A stretch of DNA of 63,569 nt, the filler included, from Octopus bimaculoides (Eukaryota): the NCBI RefSeq assembly GCF_001194135.2. It is 9 parts of 8 records of this genome, joined end to end, with 100 filler letters (N's around TTAATTAATTAA, not from the genome) between each part and the next. Parts side by side here need not be neighbours in the genome. Positions count along the whole stretch, not along the records: positions 1 to 18,614 come from NC_068995.1; positions 18,715 to 26,805 come from NW_026410429.1; 7 more parts are not named here. One strand, written 5' to 3'. The notes under the pieces are model-generated. The model was not told the origin of the DNA, did not search any database, and saw only the letters and a list, made by a program, of their open reading frames with translations. Position numbers and translations under genes: made by a program. This document shows, piece by piece, positions 11,168-22,700 of this stretch. Each line of letters starts with the position of its first letter. Within the stretch, counting starts at the first letter, position 1.

Positions 11168-12041
11168 ACAACAAGAGCACTCAGAGAGTGCAAACGTCCG
11201 CCAGAGATGATTTTTTGAAATGAGAATATCTAAAATAAACTCAACTGCTCTCACAAACGAGAATACTAAAAATGAACCTGACCGCTCTCAAAATTTAAGT
11301 AAAAAATCGGCAAAATAATCCAGAATCCTTGCCCAGTACCTGATTGATCGCAATGTTGGTCACAGAATGTGAAGGTAGCTGTTAGAAAATTTTTAACAGT
11401 TAGAAATAGTTTATCCTCAAAATAGTTTCAAAGGTGGAGTTAATAATAATAAGTTCAACTCAGGAATTTTTAAATGAACAGCATGAAACCTTTTGGTTTT
11501 CTCTTCTCTTAAATTTCGGCCTTCCTTTAGTATTCCTGTTGTTTTAGATTGATGTACAGATGTATGTATATATGTAAGTATAATGTAAAGTGTTAATATG
11601 TATGTATAATATATAATATATATATTATAAGAATATGTTAGTATTATTTAATTTCTGAATGATTTTGCTGCCATTTTTTTTATGTAGTTTGATTTCTTTA
11701 TCCATCAGTTTCTACTAAGATAGAGATGTGAGTAAAATTCATAATAGAGAAACAAAAATAAAACTTTGGAAACAGCCTAAAGGGAGATAATTGAGAAAGA
11801 CTTGAAAGTCAACATAAGATCGTAATCATGTAAGGTAAAGTAAATATAATAAATAATCCAGAATCCTTGTCTGGTACCGGATCGATTCCAAAATCAAATC
11901 AGTTCATTCCAGTCACAAGGCCAAACATCCCTGAAAGTTTCATCCAAATTCATCCAGTGATTCTTGAGATATCTTGTCTATGGAAAAACAAACAAACATG
12001 ACTGAAAATAATACCTCCACTTTAGCAAAGGTGGAGGTAAC
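11168..12041 (+). mobile_element. Helentron/HINE-like non-autonomous element (two partial copies)
   Basis: 5' aacaagagcactcagagagtgcaaacgtccgcc; internal duplication aaataatccagaatccttg (11313, 11851); terminal hairpin TACCTCCAC-tttagcaaag-GTGGAGGTA (12012-12039). The class assignment is inferred from this architecture. Confidence 0.5.
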
Positions 12042-12121
12042 AACATAACCAATACAGATCAATTCAGCATCATACGAACTGCTTCTAATTTAGGCACAAA
12101 GCTCCTTCTAAAATCATACAG

Positions 12122-12355
12122 ATTCACAGGACCAGTTTCCTAGTTTTTGTGGTGTATAGATTCCATGCATACCAGCCTCCCCTCTCCATGTCATTGATGT
12201 TATCCAAGGCAAAGGCTGATACAGCTTGGCACCAGTGACGTCCCAAATCATTTCTACAGCTGAGTGAACTGGAGCAACGGGAAATAAAGTGTCTTGCTTA
12301 AGAACACAACACACTGCCCAGTCTGAGAATCAAACTCACTACCTCATGACTGTAC
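12122..12355 (-). mobile_element. SINE family C (C2 tail), degraded
   Basis: ctacagctgagtgaactggagcaacgggaaataaagtgtcttgcttaagaacacaac core. Confidence 0.8.
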
Positions 12356-12842
12356 CAAACTGGTGTCCCATCCAAGGATGAACATATGTGCCAAATAAAC
12401 TAGGAAACCGACCCTTTGCTCCTTACAGAGTAATGTGGATTAACCATTTATCAGTATAAGTTGAGCTTTTCTTTATTTTTTTTTTGAAGTATAGATAAAA
12501 AAAAAATGAAAATTATAAATGAAAATTATAAAACCTGAAAATTATAACAATGAAAATTATAAAACCCTTTTGGGGGTTGATGGCCTTAATTTTTCCCCGT
12601 CTGAAATCCATTTTTTAAAAAACCTTATTAGTCCTTTGCTCTTTGTCCTTCCCACTGTTAACCTCTCAGCTGGGAAGTTATAAGAGGTAGTGATTGCTGT
12701 CTGTTATTCAGTAATCAATTGATACAAAAACAAATTTCATAAGTGTAATCAGTTAGTTCTTAATTTCAGGATACCACGACAGACCTTAATTAATTTCCTT
12801 GGATTCAAGGGCTTCATTGTCATATGAATTAACACAACTAAA

Positions 12843-13272
12843 TAGGAGGTGTGGTTGTCTGATTAGGAAGTTTATTTCCCAACCACATGGTTTTAGCCTC
12901 AGTCCTCCATGCATGGCACTTTGGATAAAATGTCTTCTAATATAGCCACGGGCTGATCAAAGCTTTGTGAATGAATTTGGTGATGGAAACTGAAAGAAGC
13001 CCATTGTACATTGTGCGTGTATGTGCACACGTGTGTGTAAGTTTGGATCTCTTTATCTTGAAATCGTGTAATTGTTGAAAATGAATGTCATTCATTTCCA
13101 ATATCCTGTAAAAACATGCCAGGCCATGGGGAAATATTACCTTCCTCAGAAACAGATAAGGGTTGACAACAGGAAGAGCATCTGGCCATAGAAAATTGCC
13201 TCAATAAATTCCACCCAACCCATGCCAGCCAGCATGTCGACGTTGAAATGACAGTGATGATGATGATGATGA
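12843..13272 (+). mobile_element. SINE family A with A2 tail ending in the RTE 3' end
   Basis: A head, then tcatttccaatatcctg...ggccatggggaaatattacc...gggttgacaacaggaagagcatc...aacccatgccag...(GAT)n. Confidence 0.8.
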
Positions 13273-13777
13273 CGGTGCTGGTGGTGGTGGTGATGATGAT
13301 CATCATGATCATGATGACAATGATGTAATTTCTGTGTATTGAGAAAAGACCCTGCACAATGGCTGTGACAATAAGGCTTTGAATTCCTGAATACATTGCC
13401 AATAGGTCAACAACTTAACCTGATATGGATCGTGTTTCATAAATAATAGTATAAGATTAATGAGACTCAGTGTATTTAATGAAGTTTAATTAATTTACAT
13501 AGGCAGTGTTGGCTGAAATCAATAGTTTTATTCTGCAGTTCACTGTAACATTATAAACAAACTCTGCTAATGAGTTAGTAATTTATTAATAAGACAAATA
13601 ATGATGAAATATTTTAAGTCTTTTTTTTTTTTAGAAATATCCAAATTAAGGTAAGCAATAGGGTTCTAGGACAACTAACCCCAACATAATTTCCCCAATC
13701 AAAACCAAGCCAAGAAGAAGCATGACTATGAGCGGGGGTACCAAAAAAATTCAAATAAAACCAAGGATTCATCTTCC

Positions 13778-13995
13778 ATCTTTTATCTTTTACTTGGTTC
13801 AGTCATCTAACTGCGGCCATGCTGGGGCACTCCCTTGAACAGTCTTTTAGTTGAACAAATTGACCCCAGGATCTATGTTTTTTAAAGGCTGGTACTTATT
13901 GTATCAGTCTCTTTTGCAAAACTGCAAAATTACAGGGTTGTAAACAAACCAACACTGTCGTTAAGCAATGGTGGAAGACAAATACATACACAAAG
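13778..13995 (-). mobile_element. SINE family A, A1 tail only
   Basis: tcttttacttggttcagtcatctaactgcggccatgctgg is the reverse complement of the A1 tail. Confidence 0.8.
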
Positions 13996-14136
13996 ATACT
14001 ATAGTAATTAATTATTGTAGTTATTAATCATTGTATTTATGTATGGTGGACTCTCTTGTTGTAAATGACAGATGAGGGTTCCACAGTCTCTTGTTGAAGA
14101 ACCTACACAAATGATTTATTTATTGTAACCAAATCA

Positions 14137-14523
14137 TAGGCACAGGTGTGGCTGTGTGTTAAGAAGCTTGCTTCCCAACCACATGGTTCAAAGTTCAGTT
14201 CCACTGCATGGCACCTTGGGCAAGTATTTTCTATTGTAAGCCTCAGGCCGACCAAAGCCTTGTGAGGAGAATTGGTAGATGGAAACTGAAAGAAGTCTAT
14301 TATTTGTGTGTGTGTGTTTGTCCCCCACCACCATTGACAACCTGTGTTGGTGTGCTTACATCCCTGTAACTTAGTGGTTCAGCAAAAGAAATCGATAGAA
14401 TAATTACAAGACATTAAAAAATAAGTATGGAGTTCGATTCATTTGACTAAAACTTTTTCAAGGCATAGCTGCAGAAAGGCCAGTCTAATGACTAAAACAA
14501 GTAATAGTAAAAGGTAAAAGATG
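14137..14523 (+). mobile_element. SINE family A (A1 tail), full length
   Basis: Head, (TG)n and tail in consensus order. Confidence 0.85.
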
Positions 14524-14651
14524 AATGTTTATGCTATACATTAGCTCACTCCTTCCATCAAATCGACATTGCTTGTACCGGAGCACAGTATGTCACACAT
14601 CAGGTGTCAAAGTGATTTCATACCAAGGTGAAATGAAGTATTTTTGCTTAA

Positions 14652-15252
14652 CCCTTTAGCATTTAGATTACTTTCTCAAATGTTATGCTTATTTATTCAC
14701 ATTGTTTTAAAGCTAGTATTCATTATCTTGTAGCTTCAAGATATCCTTTTCTACTCTAGGCACAAGGCTTGAAATTTTGCGGGAGGGGGCCAGCCGATTA
14801 CATCGACCTCAGTATGCAACTTGTACTTAATTTATCAATCCTGAAAGGATGAAAGGCATAGTCGACCTCGGCGCAATTTGAACTCAGAATGTAAAGACAG
14901 ACGAAATACCACAAAGCATTTTGCTCGGCATGCTAACATTTCCTCCAGCTTGCCACCTTAGGAGTTACAAATATCATTTTCTACTTTAGGCACAAGGCCC
15001 AAAATTTTGGGAGAGGGGACCCAGTCAATTAGATCAACCCCAGTATGCAACTGGTATTCAATTAATCAACTCCGAAAGGATGAAAGGCAAAGTCAACCTT
15101 GGCAGAATTTGAATGTAGCTTCACGATATTGAGGTATTGTTTATTTTTAGACTGTCATTGTATGGTACATGTGAGAAGCCAGGTCTATCTGGTCTGAACA
15201 TAATACAGGTAGATTATTTGGGCTGGATATGGCCAGTTTGAATGCTAAAGGG
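14652..15252 (+). mobile_element. piggyBac-like MITE family E (about 230 bp) carrying a SINE B dimer
   Basis: TTAA (14648-14651)|CCCTTTAGCATT...AATGCTAAAGGG|TTAA (15253-15256). Confidence 0.85.
14745..15113 (-). mobile_element. SINE family B dimer
   Basis: Two head-to-tail B copies flanked by a 16-bp TSD, tgtagcttcaagatat (14729-14744) / tgtagcttcacgatat (15114-15129). Confidence 0.85.
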
Positions 15253-15596
15253 TTAAGAATACAACACTCTGCCTGGTCTGGGAACAGAAATCATGATCCT
15301 GCGATCATCAGTTCAACACCCTAACCACTAGGCCATGTGCCTTCACATTTGTGTACACAGGAAAAATAAAACCCTAATTAGTTTTACTCTTAATTAGGGA
15401 AATTATCCCGAGCAATTATCAGGGAGCAATTATCAAGGAGAAACCAATTGTCCTATGGAGATAATTATCCTGGATAGGGTTACAACTGTCCAGATACTTG
15501 GAAATAGATATAAAATGCCAAAATAAAGAGCAAAGGGCAGTGGGCCAGCATATCACCCAGTAAGTATAACTCTAACCCTTTAATATTTCAACTGTT

Positions 15597-16300
15597 GAAG
15601 GCAGAGATCTGGCAGAATCATTAGCATGCCCGGCAAAATGCTTAGCAACATTTCATCTGCTAATGTTTTGTGTTCAAATTCTGTTGAGGTTGACTTTGTC
15701 TCTCATCGTTTTGAGGCTGATAAATAAAATAAACACCACTTGCGCAGTGGGGTCGATGTAATCAACTTAACTTCTCCCCTGAAATTGCTGGCCTTGTGCC
15801 AAAACTTGAAACCAATATCTGATTTCATAAAGAAGGTGAGCTTGCAGAATCATTAGCATGCTGGGCAAAATGCTTAGCAGCATTTCATCCATTTTTATAT
15901 TCTGTGTTCAAATTCTACCAAAGTTGACTTTGCCTTTCATCCTTTTGGGATCGACAAAATAAGTACCAGTCAGGGATGCGGAGTCAAGACAAAAAACTTT
16001 GACTCCGACTCCACTACTATTGGCACCTCCGACTCCAATTCCTCTTTATGTAATTAAGTGATTGTGGTCTACATATCTCATAAGGCATATGCATACGCTT
16101 GTACATTGAGTAGGCCTATATGTTGTAACTGGTTTATATTAAAGAATAAAGATATTGCGAGTCGGAGTTGGTATAGTTTTACTGACTCCGACTCCACAGC
16201 CCTGGTACCAGTTGAGCAGTTGAGGGGGGGGGGAGTCAGTGTAATCAACTTAGCCCCTCCCCAAACTTGCTGGCCTTGTGTCAAAATTTGAAACCAATAT
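15597..16300 (+). mobile_element. SINE family B dimer (second copy interrupted by a hAT MITE)
   Basis: Two ggcagaatcattagcatg heads (about 15610 and 15844); TSD aatatttcaactg (15582-15594) / aatatttaaactg (16296-16308). Confidence 0.85.
15971..16204. mobile_element. hAT-type MITE with (GGAGTC)n sub-terminal repeats
   Basis: TIRs CAGGGATGCGGAGTC / GACTCCACAGCCCTG, with a perfect 8-bp TSD gtaccagt (15963-15970, 16205-16212). Confidence 0.92.
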
Positions 16301-16749
16301 TTAAACTGGCCGCATCTGGCCCAAATATTCTCCTTGCTTTATGTTCAAACTGCCCAGATTTGATTATTCACTCCTACCCTGTAATGTGATTCAAAAAATA
16401 AACAATCACAACATTGAACTCTCAAAGCTACCAGATAATGTAAAATTAATTCAAAGAAAGGTGGATAAACAAGGATTGCATTTAAATCTGAATGCTAAAG
16501 GTTTAAAGCCTAATTTGAATTTCCAATCTATTTAATGAAAATGTCACTTTCGAGCAAATCAAGGAGCCTATCTGTTTGTTAGCGAACCTGCAACACATAT
16601 TCATTTTGAAAATGAATATGTTATATCATTGGTTCAAAACCAATAATATACAGTATATCATTGGTTTTGAAACACGGGGAATATTTGTAAAATGCCATCA
16701 AATGGTGATTTACAAAAAGCCATCACCATGTTTTGCAAAAGAAAACAAA

Positions 16750-17240
16750 TAGGTGTAGGCATGGCTGTGTGGTTAAGAAGTTTACTTTCCAACCATGTAG
16801 CCTTGGGTTCAGTCCCACTGCATGACACTTTTGGTAAGTATCTTCTGCTATAGCCTCAGGCTAACTAAAGCCTTGCGAGTGGATTTGGTAAACAAAAACT
16901 GAAAGAAACCTCTTGTATGTACATACACAGACACACATATATACGTGTGTATGTGTATAAGAATATGTATGTGTGCATGTGAATGTGTGTCTCTTTGTGT
17001 TGATAATGCATCATAAATGTAACATGATTGTCGCCATCATTCAAGTTGTACAAGCAACATTATTCATTTCCAGTATTCTGTGAGAACATCTGTGAACATG
17101 CCTGGCCATGGGGAAATATTTCCTTCCTTGGAAACATGTAAGGTTTGGCAGTAAGAAGAGCATCTGGTCATAGAAAATCCACCATGATAAACTCCACGTA
17201 AGTATGTAAGAGTGGATGTTAAAATGATGATGATGATGAT
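16750..17240 (+). mobile_element. SINE family A with A2 (RTE-like) tail
   Basis: Same structure as 12843-13272; ends gtggatgttaaaatgatgatgatg. Confidence 0.8.
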
Positions 17241-17360
17241 AAATGGTTGGAATTCTTCAAAACGGAAAAGGAAACATCATTGTCCTAGAATTGTATTTGG
17301 AGTCCATTTTTTTCTGTATGAACTCACCTTTATCAGTTCACCAAATTGGTTTCTCCATCA

Positions 17361-17784
17361 TACTCTCTTTTACTCTTTTACTGGTTTCAGTCATTTGACT
17401 GCGGCCATGCTGGAGCACCACCTTTAGTCAAGCAAATCGACCCCAGGACTTATTCTTTGTTAGCCTAGTACTTATTTTATCGGTCTCTTTTGCCGAACCG
17501 CTAAGTTACGAGGACGTAAACACACCAGCATCAGTTGTCAAGCGATGCTGCTGGGACAAACACACAAACATATACAAACACACAAACATATACAAATACA
17601 TACATATATATACATATATACGACGGGCTTCTTTCAGTTTTCGTCTACCAAATCCACTCACAAGGCTTTGGTCGGCCCGAGGCTATAGTAGAAGACACTT
17701 GCCCAAGGTGCCACACAGCGGGACTGAACCCAGAACCATGTGGTTGGTAAACAAGCTACTTACCACACAGCCACTCTTGCACCT
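17361..17784 (-). mobile_element. SINE family A (A1 tail), full length, well conserved
   Basis: Near-consensus reverse complement. Confidence 0.92.
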
Positions 17785-17787
17785 AAA

Positions 17788-17920
17788 AAAAAGGAGCCAT
17801 CATCATCATCATCGTCGTTTAACGTCCGCCTTCCATGCTAGCATGTGTTGGACGATTTGACTGAGGACTGGTGAAACCGGATGGCAACACCAGGCCCCAA
17901 TCTAATTTGGCAGAGTCTCG
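17788..17920 (-). mobile_element. RTE 3'-tail fragment
   Basis: (CAT)n-cgtcgtttaacgtccgccttccatgctagcatg is the reverse complement of the RTE tail. Confidence 0.85.
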
Positions 17921-18250
17921 TATACAATACAATTTATTGCATAACAGTCTTATCATGATATCACAGTATTGAGCAGATTATCAGATGTTGTTATACATCA
18001 CTAGCCACAATACACTTCACACTGTTTTAGCTTTTGAATGATGCCAACATGCTGGCTAAGCAAGCAGGTCAGCGTTCTTCTGATTGGAAGGCGATTCCTT
18101 CACAGGGTTAGCAATAAGCAGCTGAATGGACTGCAACAACGTGAAATAAAGTTTTCTGTTTAAGAACACATGCCGCCTGGTCTGGGAATTGAATCCACAG
18201 TCTAGCAATTGTGAGTGCAACACCCTATCTACTAGGCCACGCAGTTTCAT
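17920..18250 (-). mobile_element. SINE family C with a distinct tail (C4)
   Basis: Core cagctgaatggactgcaacaacgtgaaataaag and head ccctatctactaggccac; the tail is unlike C1 or C2. Confidence 0.65.
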
Positions 18251-18454
18251 GACAGTCTTATATTAATTTAAAATAATCATTCATAAAATAAACATTAAGG
18301 AAAATAAATCTAGCAAAACAGTGAGAATAAAGCTTGAATTTTTTTAACCTTAAAACAATTTCCCCACTGGAATCACCAAATTTTCTCCTCAGTTAAGAAC
18401 TGCAGTTCTACAGAAAAGAGTAAGAATTAATGACAGAAAAAAAGTAACAAAGGT

Positions 18455-18614
18455 GGAGAGAGAGGAAGAGAGAGAGAGAGGAAGAGAGAGAGAGGAAGAG
18501 AGAGAGAGAGGAAAAGAGAGAGAGAGGAAGAGAGGAAGAGAGAGAGAGGAAGAAAGAGAGAGAGAGAGAGGAAGAGAGAGAGAGAGAGGAAGAGAGAGAG
18601 AGAGGAAGAGAGAG
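18455..18614. repeat. Polypurine (GA)n/GAGGAA compound microsatellite
   Basis: Read directly from the sequence. Confidence 0.95.
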
Positions 18615-18714
18615 NNNNNNNNNNNNNNNNNNNNNNNNNNNNNNNNNNNNNNNNNNNNTTAATTAATTAANNNNNNNNNNNNNNNNNNNNNNNNNNNNNN
18701 NNNNNNNNNNNNNN
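18615..18714. other. Artificial assembly spacer N44-TTAATTAATTAA-N44 (the 12-mer recurs at 26850, 43731, 48197, 51556, 58473, 61031 and 62294)
   Basis: An identical palindromic 12-mer with stop codons in all six frames is centred in each 100-bp N block. Confidence 0.95.
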
Positions 18715-18729
18715 ATATATATATATATA

Positions 18730-18896
18730 TATAATATATACAGCGGACTTCTGTAGTTTTCGTCTACCAAATCCACTCACAAAGCTTTAGTCAGCCAAGG
18801 TTACAGCAGAAGATATTTGTCTGAGGTGACAGTGCCACGCTGTGAGACTGAACGCGGAACCATGTCGTTGAGAAACAAACTTCTTACCACGCACCC
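18730..18896 (-). mobile_element. SINE family A head
   Basis: gtctaccaaatccactcacaaagcttt...ttcttaccac. Confidence 0.8.
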
Positions 18897-19084
18897 ATTT
18901 ATCTATCTATCTCGCTCTTTTCTTCACTCTCGGCATTTGTACTTAAGTAAACTCCTGCCTCAGAAAATATAATTCGGAAATCTTAACATTTTACAATTAT
19001 AAAAGATAACTCTGTCTAATACCTTACACAATTACTTCCCTTGCATCAGAATGCTTCCAAATGCTCTGTATTCGTCCACCGATC

Positions 19085-19420
19085 CCATTTCCATGTTCTC
19101 TCTCTCTCTCTCTCTTTCTTCAGACACTCTCTCTTTCCCAAACTTTCCCCTCTCCTTGTCTTTCATATTCTTTTCTATTTTCCTGGTTGTGCCTCTTTCT
19201 TTCTATTTCTTTCTCCTTTTCTCTAATTCTTTCTCGCTCTCTTTTCCTCTTTTCTCTTCCAATCTTTCAAATTCATTTCTATTTCTATTTTCCATTTTCT
19301 ATTTTACGACTCTTTTGCTTTTACTGTATCTTTCTTCTCTGTTTTTCTCTTTTCACTCTCCTCCTCTCTCTCTCTCTTTCTCTACCACTCTCTCTTTCTC
19401 GCTCTCTCTCTCACTCGGCC
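19085..19420. repeat. Polypyrimidine (CT)-rich low-complexity tract
   Basis: Read directly from the sequence. Confidence 0.9.
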
Positions 19421-19615
19421 TGGCTCTCTGTCACTTACGATAATGAGTATTCCAGCTGATCCATTCCACAGAACAGCCTGCTTGTGAAACTAACATGCAA
19501 GTGGCTTAGAACTCCACAGACGCATGTACCCAGAACGTAGATCTCAGAGGGATTCAGCATGACACAGAACATAACACAGTTTTCACCACACACACCTTAA
19601 CAGTTATTTAACAAA

Positions 19616-19975
19616 ACAGGCACAGGTGTGGCTGTGTGGTAAGAAGCTTTCTTCTCAACCACATGGTTCCTGGTTCAGTCCCACTGCGTGACACCTTGGG
19701 CAAGCGTCTTCTACGATAATCTTGGACCGACCGAAATTTTGTGAGTGGATTTGGTAGACGGAAACTGAAAGAAACCCATTGTGTGTGTGTGTTCCTCTCT
19801 CCACCCACCCACTGCTTAACATCCGGTGTTGGTGTGTTTGCGTCCCTGTAACTTAGCGGTTCGGCAACAGAGAATGATAGAATTAGTACCAGGCTTAAAA
19901 AATAAACATTGGAGTCGGTTCATTCAACTAAGCATGGCCGCAGTCTAATGATTGATACAAGTAAAAGATAAAAAA
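19616..19975 (+). mobile_element. SINE family A (A1 tail), full length
   Basis: Consensus head, (TG)n and tail. Confidence 0.88.
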
Positions 19976-19985
19976 AAAACAAACT

Positions 19986-20096
19986 CCATTTAAACCGAAA
20001 TTATCCGGAAACAACCGAAGTATTCCTTTCTCCCTTTTCTCCAATTTGAAGCAGACGACAACATTCAAACAAGTTGTCGTCTGCTAATGGCTTACA
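19986..20096 (+). repeat. Dispersed repeat G, copy 1, with 12-bp hairpin
   Basis: Homologous to 26071-26161; GCAGACGACAAC-10 nt-GTTGTCGTCTGC (20051-20084). Confidence 0.8.
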
Positions 20097-20117
20097 ACTA
20101 TAACAAGTTCTTGCTGT

Positions 20118-20610
20118 GCTTTATTTGTTCCAGTCATTAGACTTTGGCCGTACTGGGGCACTACCTTAAGGAGCTCAGTCGAACAGATCGACTCCAGCTC
20201 CTTTTTTTTTTTCTTCTAAACCTGATACTTATTTTATCGTTTTCTTTTTACCGAACCGCTACCGCTAAATTACGGGGATGTAAACAAGCTAAGATCGGTT
20301 GTCAAGCAGTTGCAGGGGACAAATTTGAATACAAATACAGAAACACACACGTACACACAAATATACAACACACACATATACACACATACACACGCGCACA
20401 CGTGAACACACATACACACATCCACACACATAGAAACATACACACATACACACACACATACTCACACACACACACATACACACGACGGGCTCATTCAGTA
20501 TCCGTCTATCAAATCTACTCACAAGTCTTTGATTGGCCTGAGGCTACAGTTGAAGACACTTACCCAAAGTGCCACGTAGCAGGATTGAAACTGGAACCTT
20601 ATAGTTGTGA
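20118..20610 (-). mobile_element. SINE family A, degraded, long (CA) centre
   Basis: Tail and head both recognisable. Confidence 0.8.
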
Positions 20611-20639
20611 GCCCATAACAATCACTGTAGGTGTATTGA

Positions 20640-20765
20640 AATTTTCGACCAGGTTTTGCGATCAATATTGGGACAATTTCTTCCAAATCTACGCTATTTG
20701 GACGATATTAATTTCTGTCAACAGGCTGCGACGACGCTGGGGTACCATCCTGAAAGTGTTCCATT
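20640..20765 (-). mobile_element. Internally deleted Tc1/mariner-derived repeat (second copy at about 55185-55245)
   Basis: The minus strand translates FQDGTPA...PNSVDL, similar to FQQDGAPAH and PPNSPDL. ttttcgacca...atattgggacaatttcttcc recurs at about 55192-55230. Confidence 0.4.
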
Positions 20766-20908
20766 AAAGAAATCGATTCCAGTATTTTTTTGTTTAAGTC
20801 TGATACATATTTTATCAATCCTTTGTGATGAGCTGCTAAGTTACGGGGGCATAAACAAACCCACACCGGTTGTCAAGGTAGGTAACAATCACAAACACGA
20901 AAGCAACA

Positions 20909-20942
<34 letters not shown>

Positions 20943-21931
20943 NNNNNNNNNNNNNNNNNNNNNNNNNNNNNNNNNNNNNNNNNNNNNNNNNNNNNNNNNN
21001 NNNNNNNNNNNNNNNNNNNNNNNNNNNNNNNNNNNNNNNNNNNNNNNNNNNNNNNNNNNNNNNNNNNNNNNNNNNNNNNNNNNNNNNNNNNNNNNNNNNN
21101 NNNNNNNNNNNNNNNNNNNNNNNNNNNNNNNNNNNNNNNNNNNNNNNNNNNNNNNNNNNNNNNNNNNNNNNNNNNNNNNNNNNNNNNNNNNNNNNNNNNN
21201 NNNNNNNNNNNNNNNNNNNNNNNNNNNNNNNNNNNNNNNNNNNNNNNNNNNNNNNNNNNNNNNNNNNNNNNNNNNNNNNNNNNNNNNNNNNNNNNNNNNN
21301 NNNNNNNNNNNNNNNNNNNNNNNNNNNNNNNNNNNNNNNNNNNNNNNNNNNNNNNNNNNNNNNNNNNNNNNNNNNNNNNNNNNNNNNNNNNNNNNNNNNN
21401 NNNNNNNNNNNNNNNNNNNNNNNNNNNNNNNNNNNNNNNNNNNNNNNNNNNNNNNNNNNNNNNNNNNNNNNNNNNNNNNNNNNNNNNNNNNNNNNNNNNN
21501 NNNNNNNNNNNNNNNNNNNNNNNNNNNNNNNNNNNNNNNNNNNNNNNNNNNNNNNNNNNNNNNNNNNNNNNNNNNNNNNNNNNNNNNNNNNNNNNNNNNN
21601 NNNNNNNNNNNNNNNNNNNNNNNNNNNNNNNNNNNNNNNNNNNNNNNNNNNNNNNNNNNNNNNNNNNNNNNNNNNNNNNNNNNNNNNNNNNNNNNNNNNN
21701 NNNNNNNNNNNNNNNNNNNNNNNNNNNNNNNNNNNNNNNNNNNNNNNNNNNNNNNNNNNNNNNNNNNNNNNNNNNNNNNNNNNNNNNNNNNNNNNNNNNN
21801 NNNNNNNNNNNNNNNNNNNNNNNNNNNNNNNNNNNNNNNNNNNNNNNNNNNNNNNNNNNNNNNNNNNNNNNNNNNNNNNNNNNNNNNNNNNNNNNNNNNN
21901 NNNNNNNNNNNNNNNNNNNNNNNNNNNNNNN

Positions 21932-22092
21932 TTAATTATGATTTTATTCAAAATATTCCCCTCTCAGAATCATACACTTATTGCATAGGTCCTTCAGTTT
22001 TTCTAATCACTGTAAAAGAACTCGGAAGTTGGCTTCCATGCAGGCCTTACACGATACTCTTAAAGCCAAGAACTTTTTAGCACCACCTCGTA
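21932..22092 (-). mobile_element. mariner-derived MITE (one end, the rest lies in a gap)
   Basis: Terminus TA|CGAGGTGGTGCTAAAAAGTTCTTGGC; the interior encodes EKLKDLCNKCMILRGEYFE*, a mariner transposase C-terminus. Confidence 0.8.
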
Positions 22093-22213
22093 TATATACA
22101 CACACATATAAATATATACATGCATGTGTGTGCACGCAAACACACACACACACACATATATACTCCCCTCTGTATTGGCCCCTTGTGGGCAATAAAAAAA
22201 TCACACATATACA

Positions 22214-22651
22214 CAGTGTACCCCCGCTTATTCGTGGTCCAGGTTATTTGCAGAACTGATAATTGTTCGCGGAAACCACCGCATTTTCACGGAATCGTAA
22301 ATATCGTCCGCGATTTTTTATGGCATTTTTCGTGGCAATAAATACTTTTTCACACTTTTTAAGGTTAAACTATTAATATTAATAATACACCGTATTTGCC
22401 GGTTTACTGGACGTTCATTCACAGCTAAACGTCCCTCTGATTAGAATAGCCGCGCATCACGTCGCTTTTTGTTTAGATACAAATACACTGTATCTTGTAT
22501 CTCTTATTCATGCTTTTAATCAAAGCTTGCTAATTACCAGCGCTTTTTTAAAAAATCATCGTTACATGTGATCATACACATTGTTTATTTCAACAGGGTA
22601 ATTTTTAAGGTCGTTAGCCAATATAGCCTCGTTGAAATTAGGTTACTTGCT

Positions 22652-22700
<49 letters not shown>

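Larger units (their letters stand above)
14530..15347 (-). mobile_element. SINE family C interrupted by a TTAA MITE
   Basis: The core gtgaaatgaagtatttttgc|TTAA|gaatacaac is split at the TTAA site; the tRNA-like head lies at 15290-15347. Confidence 0.7.
15576..16502 (-). mobile_element. piggyBac-like MITE family E interrupted by a SINE B dimer
   Basis: ctaa|CCCTTT at 15576 and AATGCTAAAGGT|TTAA at 16491-16506; the interior 16309-16490 is the reverse complement of family E. Confidence 0.75.

Noticed and set aside
15370-15500. Short inverted repeat ccctaatta/taattaggg and repeated gcaattatc units
   Set aside because: Probably a degraded MITE or HINE interior, but no ends could be defined.
20656-20760. 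LRYLDDI in the + ORF, resembling an RT YxDD motif
   Set aside because: No other RT motifs are nearby, and the opposite strand fits Tc1-type motifs better.
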